The notes beneath the pieces are model-generated. The model was not told the origin of the DNA. It was given only the letters and a program-made list of their open reading frames with translations, and did no database searches. DNA of 64,000 bases from Auanema rhodensis (taxonomy: Eukaryota; Animalia; Nematoda). The translations under genes and the position numbers were made by a program. Below are positions 56,351-64,000 of this stretch, piece after piece; position 1 is the stretch's first letter, and each line of letters opens with the position of its first letter. The DNA lies in contig OZ059894.1 of assembly GCA_964057225.1 (NCBI GenBank), positions 5,270,001-5,334,000 of the forward strand, written 5' to 3'.

Positions 56351-59300
56351 GTGCATGGTAACCATGACTTTGAAATTTACGTGAACTTTAATTTATGCTA
56401 ATTAAGTGTACACGTGATGTGCACTTGGTATGTAACTCGCTTCACGTGAAAGATGAAGAGATGCGGTTTTCAAAATTAGATTCCCCATGTCCATATTAGT
56501 CTAAAAACAAATTTTTGTTGATATTGGTGGATGGTAACCATGACTTTCAAATTTACGTGAACTTCAATTTATGCTAATTAAGTGTACACGTGATGTGCAC
56601 TTGGTATGTAACTCGCTTCAAGTCAAAGATAAAGAGATGCGGTTTTCAAAATTAGATTCCCCATGTCCATATTAGTCTAAAAACAAATTTTTATTAATAT
56701 TGGTGCATGGTAACCATGACTTTGAAATTTACGTGAACTTTAATTTATGCTAATTAAGTGTACACATAATGTGCACTTGGTATGTAACTCGCTTCAAGTG
56801 AAAGATGAAGAGATGCGGTTTTCAAAATTAGATTTCGCATGTCCATATTAGTCTAAAAACAAATTTTTGTTGATATTGGTGGATGGTAACCATGACTTTC
56901 AAATTTACGTGAACTTTAATTTATGCTTATTAAGTGTACACGTGATGTGCACTTGGTATGTAACTCGCTTCACGTGAAAGATGAAGGGATGCGGTTTTCA
57001 AAATTAGATTCCTCATGTCCATATTAGTCTAAAAACAAATTTTTGTTGATATTGGTGGATGGTAACCATGACTTTCAAATTTACGTGAACTTTAATTTAT
57101 GCTAATTAAGTGTACACGTGATGTGCACTTGGTATGTAACTCGCTTCAAGTGAAAGATAAAGAGATGCGGTTTTCAAAATTAGATTTCGCATGTCCATAT
57201 TAGTCTAAAAACAAATTTTTATTGATATTGGTGCATGGTAACCATGACTTTGAAATTTACGTGAACTTTAATTTATGCTAATTAAGTGTACACGTGATGT
57301 GCACTTGGTATGTAACTCGCTTCACGTGAAAGATGAAGAGATGCGGTTTTCAAAATTAGATTCCCCATGTCCATATTAGTCTAAAAACAAATTTTTGTTG
57401 ATATTGGTGGATGGTAACCATGACTTTCAAATTTACGTGAACTTCAATTTATGCTAATTAAGTGTACACGTGATGTGCACTTGGTATGTAACTCGCTTCA
57501 AGTCAAAGATAAAGAGATGCGGTTTTCAAAATTAGATTCCCCATGTCCATATTAGTCTAAAAACAAATTTTTATTAATATTGGTGCATGGTAACCATGAC
57601 TTTGAAATTTACGTGAACTTTAATTTATGCTAATTAAGTGTACACATAATGTGCACTTGGTATGTAACTCGCTTCAAGTGAAAGATAAAGAGATGCGGTT
57701 TTCAAAATTAGATTTCGCATGTCCATATTAGTCTAAAAACAAATTTTTATTGATATTGGTGCATGGTAACCATGACTTTAAAATTTACGTGAACTTTAAT
57801 TTATGCTAATTAAGTGAACACATGATGTGCACTTGGTATGTAACTCGCTTCACGTGAAAGATAAAGAGATGCGGTTTTCAAAATTAGATTCCTCATGTCC
57901 ATTTTAGTCTAAAAACGAATTTTTATTGATATTGGTGCATGGTAACCATGACTTTGAAATTTACGTGAACTTTAATTTATGCTTATTAAGTGTACACGTG
58001 ATGTGCACTTGGTATGTAACTCGCTTCCAGTCAAAGATAAAGGGATGCGGTTTTCAAAATTAGATTACCCATGTCCATATTAGTCTAAAAACAAATTTTT
58101 GTTGATATTGGTGCATGGTAACCATGACTTTAAAATTTACGTGAACTTTAATTTATGCTAATTAAGTGTACACATGATGTGCACTTGGTATGTAACTCGC
58201 TTTACGTCAAAGATAAAGAGATGCGGTTTTCAAAATTAGATTCCCCATGTCCATATTAGTCTAAAAACAAATTTTTATTGATATTGGTGCATGGTAACCA
58301 TGACTTTGAAATTTACGTGAACTTTAATTTATGCTAATTAAGTGTACACATGATGTGCACTTGGTATGTAACTCGCTTCACGTGAAAGATAAAGAGATGC
58401 GGTTTTCAAAATAGATTCCCCATTTCCATATTAGTCTAAAAACAAATTTTTATTGATATTGGTGCATGGTAACCATGACTTTAAAATTTACGTGAACTTT
58501 AATTTATGCTAATTAAGTGTACACATGATGTGCACTTGGTATGTAACTCGCTTCACGTCAATGATAAAGAGATGCGGTTTTCAAAATTAGATTCCTCATG
58601 TCCATATAAGTCTAAAAACGAATTTTTATTGATATTGATGCATGGTAACCATGACTTCGAAATTTACGTGAACTTTAATTTATGCTTATTAAGTGTACAC
58701 ATGATGTGCGCTTGGTACGTAACTCGCTTCACGTGAAAGATAAAGAGATGCGGATTTCAAAATTAGATTCCCCATGTCCATATTAGTCTAAAAACAAATT
58801 TTTATTAATATTGGTGCATGGTAACCATGACTTTAAAATTTACGTGAACTTCAATTTATGCTAATTAAGTGTACACGTGATGTGCACTTGGTATGTAACT
58901 CGCTTCACGTGAAAGATGAAGGGATGCGGTTTTCAAAATTAGATACCTCATGTCCATATTAGTCTAAAAACAAATTTTTGTTGATATTGGTGGATGGTAA
59001 CCATGACTTTCAAATTTACGTGAACTTTAATTTATGCTAATTAAGTGTACACGTGTTGTGCACTTGGTATGTAACTCGCTTCAAGTGAAAGATAAAGAGA
59101 TGCGGTTTTCAAAATTAGATTTCGCATGTCCATATTAGTCTAAAAACAAATTTTTATTGATATTGGTGCATGGTAACCATGACTTTGAAATTTACGTGAA
59201 CTTTAATTTATGCTAATTAAGTGTACACGTGATGTGCACTTGGTATGTAACTCGCTTCACGTGAAAGATGAAGAGATGCGGTTTTCAAAATTAGATTCCC

Positions 59301-61649
59301 CATGTCCATATTAGTCTAAAAACAAATTTTTGTTGATATTGGTGGATGGTAACCATGACTTTCAAATTTACGTGAACTTCAATTTATGCTAATTAAGTGT
59401 ACACGTGATGTGCACTTGGTATGTAACTCGCTTCAAGTCAAAGATAAAGAGATGCGGTTTTCAAAATTAGATTCCCCATGTCCATATTAGTCTAAAAACA
59501 AATTTTTATTAATATTGGTGCATGGTAACCATGACTTTGAAATTTACGTGAACTTTAATTTATGCTAATTAAGTGTACACATAATGTGCACTTGGTATGT
59601 AACTCGCTTCAAGTGAAAGATGAAGAGATGCGGTTTTCAAAATTAGATTTCGCATGTCCATATTAGTCTAAAAACAAATTTTTGTTGATATTGGTGGATG
59701 GTAACCATGACTTTCAAATTTACGTGAACTTTAATTTATGCTTATTAAGTGTACACGTGATGTGCACTTGGTATGTAACTCGCTTCACGTGAAAGATGAA
59801 GGGATGCGGTTTTCAAAATTAGATTCCTCATGTCCATATTAGTCTAAAAACAAATTTTTGTTGATATTGGTGGATGGTAACCATGACTTTCAAATTTACG
59901 TGAACTTTAATTTATGCTAATTAAGTGTACACGTGATGTGCACTTGGTATGTAACTCGCTTCAAGTGAAAGATAAAGAGATGCGGTTTTCAAAATTAGAT
60001 TTCGCATGTCCATATTAGTCTAAAAACAAATTTTTATTGATATTGGTGCATGGTAACCATGACTTTGAAATTTACGTGAACTTTAATTTATGCTAATTAA
60101 GTGTACACGTGATGTGCACTTGGTATGTAACTCGCTTCACGTGAAAGATGAAGAGATGCGGTTTTCAAAATTAGATTCCCCATGTCCATATTAGTCTAAA
60201 AACAAATTTTTGTTGATATTGGTGGATGGTAACCATGACTTTCAAATTTACGTGAACTTCAATTTATGCTAATTAAGTGTACACGTGATGTGCACTTGGT
60301 ATGTAACTCGCTTCAAGTCAAAGATAAAGAGATGCGGTTTTCAAAATTAGATTCCCCATGTCCATATTAGTCTAAAAACAAATTTTTATTAATATTGGTG
60401 CATGGTAACCATGACTTTGAAATTTACGTGAACTTTAATTTATGCTAATTAAGTGTACACATAATGTGCACTTGGTATGTAACTCGCTTCAAGTGAAAGA
60501 TAAAGAGATGCGGTTTTCAAAATTAGATTTCGCATGTCCATATTAGTCTAAAAACAAATTTTTATTGATATTGGTGCATGGTAACCATGACTTTAAAATT
60601 TACGTGAACTTTAATTTATGCTAATTAAGTGAACACATGATGTGCACTTGGTATGTAACTCGCTTCACGTGAAAGATAAAGAGATGCGGTTTTCAAAATT
60701 AGATTCCTCATGTCCATTTTAGTCTAAAAACGAATTTTTATTGATATTGGTGCATGGTAACCATGACTTTGAAATTTACGTGAACTTTAATTTATGCTTA
60801 TTAAGTGTACACGTGATGTGCACTTGGTATGTAACTCGCTTCCAGTCAAAGATAAAGGGATGCGGTTTTCAAAATTAGATTACCCATGTCCATATTAGTC
60901 TAAAAACAAATTTTTGTTGATATTGGTGCATGGTAACCATGACTTTAAAATTTACGTGAACTTTAATTTATGCTAATTAAGTGTACACATGATGTGCACT
61001 TGGTATGTAACTCGCTTTACGTCAAAGATAAAGAGATGCGGTTTTCAAAATTAGATTCCCCATGTCCATATTAGTCTAAAAACAAATTTTTATTGATATT
61101 GGTGCATGGTAACCATGACTTTGAAATTTACGTGAACTTTAATTTATGCTAATTAAGTGTACACATGATGTGCACTTGGTATGTAACTCGCTTCACGTGA
61201 AAGATAAAGAGATGCGGTTTTCAAAATAGATTCCCCATTTCCATATTAGTCTAAAAACAAATTTTTATTGATATTGGTGCATGGTAACCATGACTTTAAA
61301 ATTTACGTGAACTTTAATTTATGCTAATTAAGTGTACACATGATGTGCACTTGGTATGTAACTCGCTTCACGTCAATGATAAAGAGATGCGGTTTTCAAA
61401 ATTAGATTCCTCATGTCCATATAAGTCTAAAAACGAATTTTTATTGATATTGATGCATGGTAACCATGACTTCGAAATTTACGTGAACTTTAATTTATGC
61501 TTATTAAGTGTACACATGATGTGCGCTTGGTACGTAACTCGCTTCACGTGAAAGATAAAGAGATGCGGATTTCAAAATTAGATTCCCCATGTCCATATTA
61601 GTCTAAAAACAAATTTTTATTAATATTGGTGCATGGTAACCATGACTTT
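56001..61649 (+). repeat. Recent 16-monomer (2815-bp) tandem duplication
   Basis: GATACCTC at 56130 and 58945, and identical ORFs at 58506 and 61321. GATTACCC, CTTTACGTC and a 1-bp deletion monomer repeat at the same offset. The first mismatches I found are at 56000/58815 and 58835/61650. Confidence 0.9.
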
Positions 61650-64000
61650 GAAATTTACGTGAACTTTAATTTATGCTAATTAAGTGTACACATGATGTGC
61701 GCTTGGTACGTAACTCGCTTCACATGAAAGATAAAGAGATGCGGTTTTCAAAATTAGATTCCCCATGTCCATATTAGTCTAAAAACAAATTTGTATTGAT
61801 ATTGGTGGATGGTAACCATGACTTTGAAATTTACGTGAACTTCAATTTATGCTAATTAAGTGTACACGTGATGTGCCCTTGGTATGTAACTCGCTTCACG
61901 TGAAAGATAAAGAGATGCGGTTTTCAAAATTAGATTCCCCATGTCCATATTAGTCTAAAAACAAATTTTTGTTGATATTGGTGGATGGTAACCATGACTT
62001 TCAAATTTACGTGAACTTTCATTTATGCTAATTAAGTGTACACATGATGTGCACTTGGTATGTAACTCGCTTCACGTGAAAGATAAAGAGATGCGGTTTT
62101 CAAAATAGATTCCCCATTTCCATATTAGTCTAAAAACAAATTTTTATTGATATTGGTGCATGGCAACCATGACTTTAAAATTTACGTGAACTTTAATTTA
62201 TGCTAATTAAGTGTACACATGATGTGCACTTGGTATGTAACTCGCTTCACGTCAATGATAAAGAGATGCGGTTTTCAAAATTAGATTCCTCATGTCCATA
62301 TAAGTCTAAAAACGAATTTTTATCGATATTGATGCATGGTAACCATGACTTCGAAATTTACGTGAACTTTAATTTATGCTAATTAAGTGTACACGTGATG
62401 TGCACTTGGTATGTAACTAGCTTCACGTGAAAGATGAAGAGATGCGGTTTTCAAAATTAGATTCCCCATGTCCATATTAGTCTAAAAACATTTTTTGTTG
62501 ATATTGGTGGATGGTAACCATGACTTTCAAATTTACGTGAACTTTAATTTATGCTAATTAAGTGTACACATGATGTGCACTTGGTATGTAACTCGCTTCA
62601 CGTGAAAGATAAAGAGATGCGGTTTTCAAAATAGATTCCCCATTTCCATATTAGTCTAAAAACAAATTTTTATTGATATTGGTGCATGGCAACCATGACT
62701 TTAAAATTTACGTGAACTTTAATTTATGCTAATTAAGTGTACACATGATGTGCACTTGGTATGTAACTCGCTTCACGTCAACGATAAAGAGATGCGGTTT
62801 TCAAAATTAGATTCCTCATGTCCATATAAGTCTAAAAACGAATTTTTATTGATATTGATGCATGGTAACCATGACTTCGAAATTTACGTGAACTTTAATT
62901 TATGCTTATTAAGTGTACATGTGATGTGCACTTGGTATGTAACTCGCTTCACGTCAAAGATAAAGAGATGCGGTTTTCAAAATTAGATTCCCCATGTCCA
63001 TATTAGTCTAAAAACAAATTTTTATTGATATTGGTGCATGGTAACCATGACTTTGAAATTTACGTGAACTTTAATTTATGCTAATTAAGTGTACACGTGA
63101 TGTGCACTTGGTATGTAACTCGCTTCACGTGGAAGATGAAGAGATGCTGTTTTCAAAATTAGATTCCTCATGTCCATATTAGTCTAAAAACAAATTTTTG
63201 TTGATATTGGTGGATGGTAACCATGACTTTGAAATTTACGTGAACTTTAATTTATGCTAATTAAGTGTACACGTGATGTGCACTTGGTATGTAACTAGCT
63301 TCACGTGAAAGATGAAGAGATGCGGTTTTCAAAATTAGATTCCCCATGTCCATATTAGTCTAAAAACAAATTTTTGTTGATATTGGTGGATGGTAACCAT
63401 GACTTTGAAATTTACGTGAACTTTAATTTATGCTAATTAAGTGTACACGTGGTGTGCACTTGGTATGTAACTAGCTTCACGTGAAAGATGAAGAGATGCG
63501 GTTTTCAAAATTAGATTCCCCATGTCCATATTAGTCTAAAAACAACTTTTGTTGATATTGGTGGATGGTAACCATGACTTTCAAATTTACGTGAACTTTA
63601 ATTTATGCTAATTAAGTGTACACATGATGTGCACTTGGTATGTAACTCGCTTCACGTGAAAGATAAAGAGATGCGGTTTTCAAAATAGATTCCCCATTTC
63701 CATATTAGTCTAAAAACAAATTTTTATTGATATTGGTGCATGGCAACCATGACTTTAAAATTTACGTGAACTTTAATTTATGCTAATTAAGTGTACACAT
63801 GATGTGCACTTGGTATGTAACTCGCTTCACGTCAATGATAAAGAGATGCGGTTTTCAAAATTAGATTCCTCATGTCCATATAAGTCTAAAAACGAATTTT
63901 TATTGATATTGATGCATGGTAACCATGACTTCGAAATTTACGTGAACTTTAATTTATGCTTATTAAGTGTACATGTGATGTGCACTTGGTATGTAACTCG

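Larger units (their letters stand above)
1..64000. repeat. 176-bp tandem satellite array (~363 monomers), probably centromeric or pericentromeric
   Basis: TATTGATATTG recurs at 1, 177 and onward with a 176-bp period, and the monomer fills the window. Copies differ at only a few positions. The centromeric label is inferred only from the nucleosome-scale length, AT-richness and homogeneity. Confidence 0.98.
39151..64000 (+). repeat. Right forward-orientation satellite block
   Basis: Forward monomers resume at TAATTAAGTGTACACGTG (39151) and continue to the window end. Confidence 0.96.

Noticed and set aside
58506-62986. Four 60-86 aa ORFs (MLIKCTHDVH...)
   Set aside because: They lie wholly within satellite monomers. 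They are open only because the local variants GTCAATGAT and ATATAAG remove stop codons, and they recur because the monomers were duplicated. There is no gene context or recognisable domain.
1-64000. CRISPR-like array suggested by regularly spaced palindromic repeats
   Set aside because: There are no unique spacers, the entire 176 bp repeats, and no cas genes are present.

Overview
The whole 64-kb window is one AT-rich (~32% GC, hand count of the consensus) tandem satellite with a 176-bp monomer, about 363 copies. It looks like eukaryotic centromeric or pericentromeric heterochromatin; I cannot name the family or organism. Approximate consensus, phased at position 1: TATTGATATTGGTGCATGGTAACCATGACTTTAAAATTTACGTGAACTTTAATTTATGCTAATTAAGTGTACACGTGATGTGCACTTGGTATGTAACTCGCTTCACGTGAAAGATAAAGAGATGCGGTTTTCAAAATTAGATTCCTCATGTCCATATTAGTCTAAAAACAAATTTT. 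I saw no genes, RNA genes or transposons, and the four ORFs are chance read-throughs of satellite variants. The main structure is an 8.26-kb strand switch (30895-39150) that is not a simple inversion. Rare SNPs show that its left part (31130-36619) is an inverted copy of the left flank (23643-30894), and its right part (36620-39150) is an inverted copy of the right flank (39294-41120). This gives two back-to-back imperfect giant palindromes with short spacers (235 and 143 bp), joined by an out-of-register internal junction. Five of the six break ends lie at the edges of dyad motifs in the monomer. The array is also layered into variant domains with local higher-order repeats (HORs) of 4, 5, 6, 7, 9, 10, 13, 15 and 16 monomers. 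All coordinates were read by hand.
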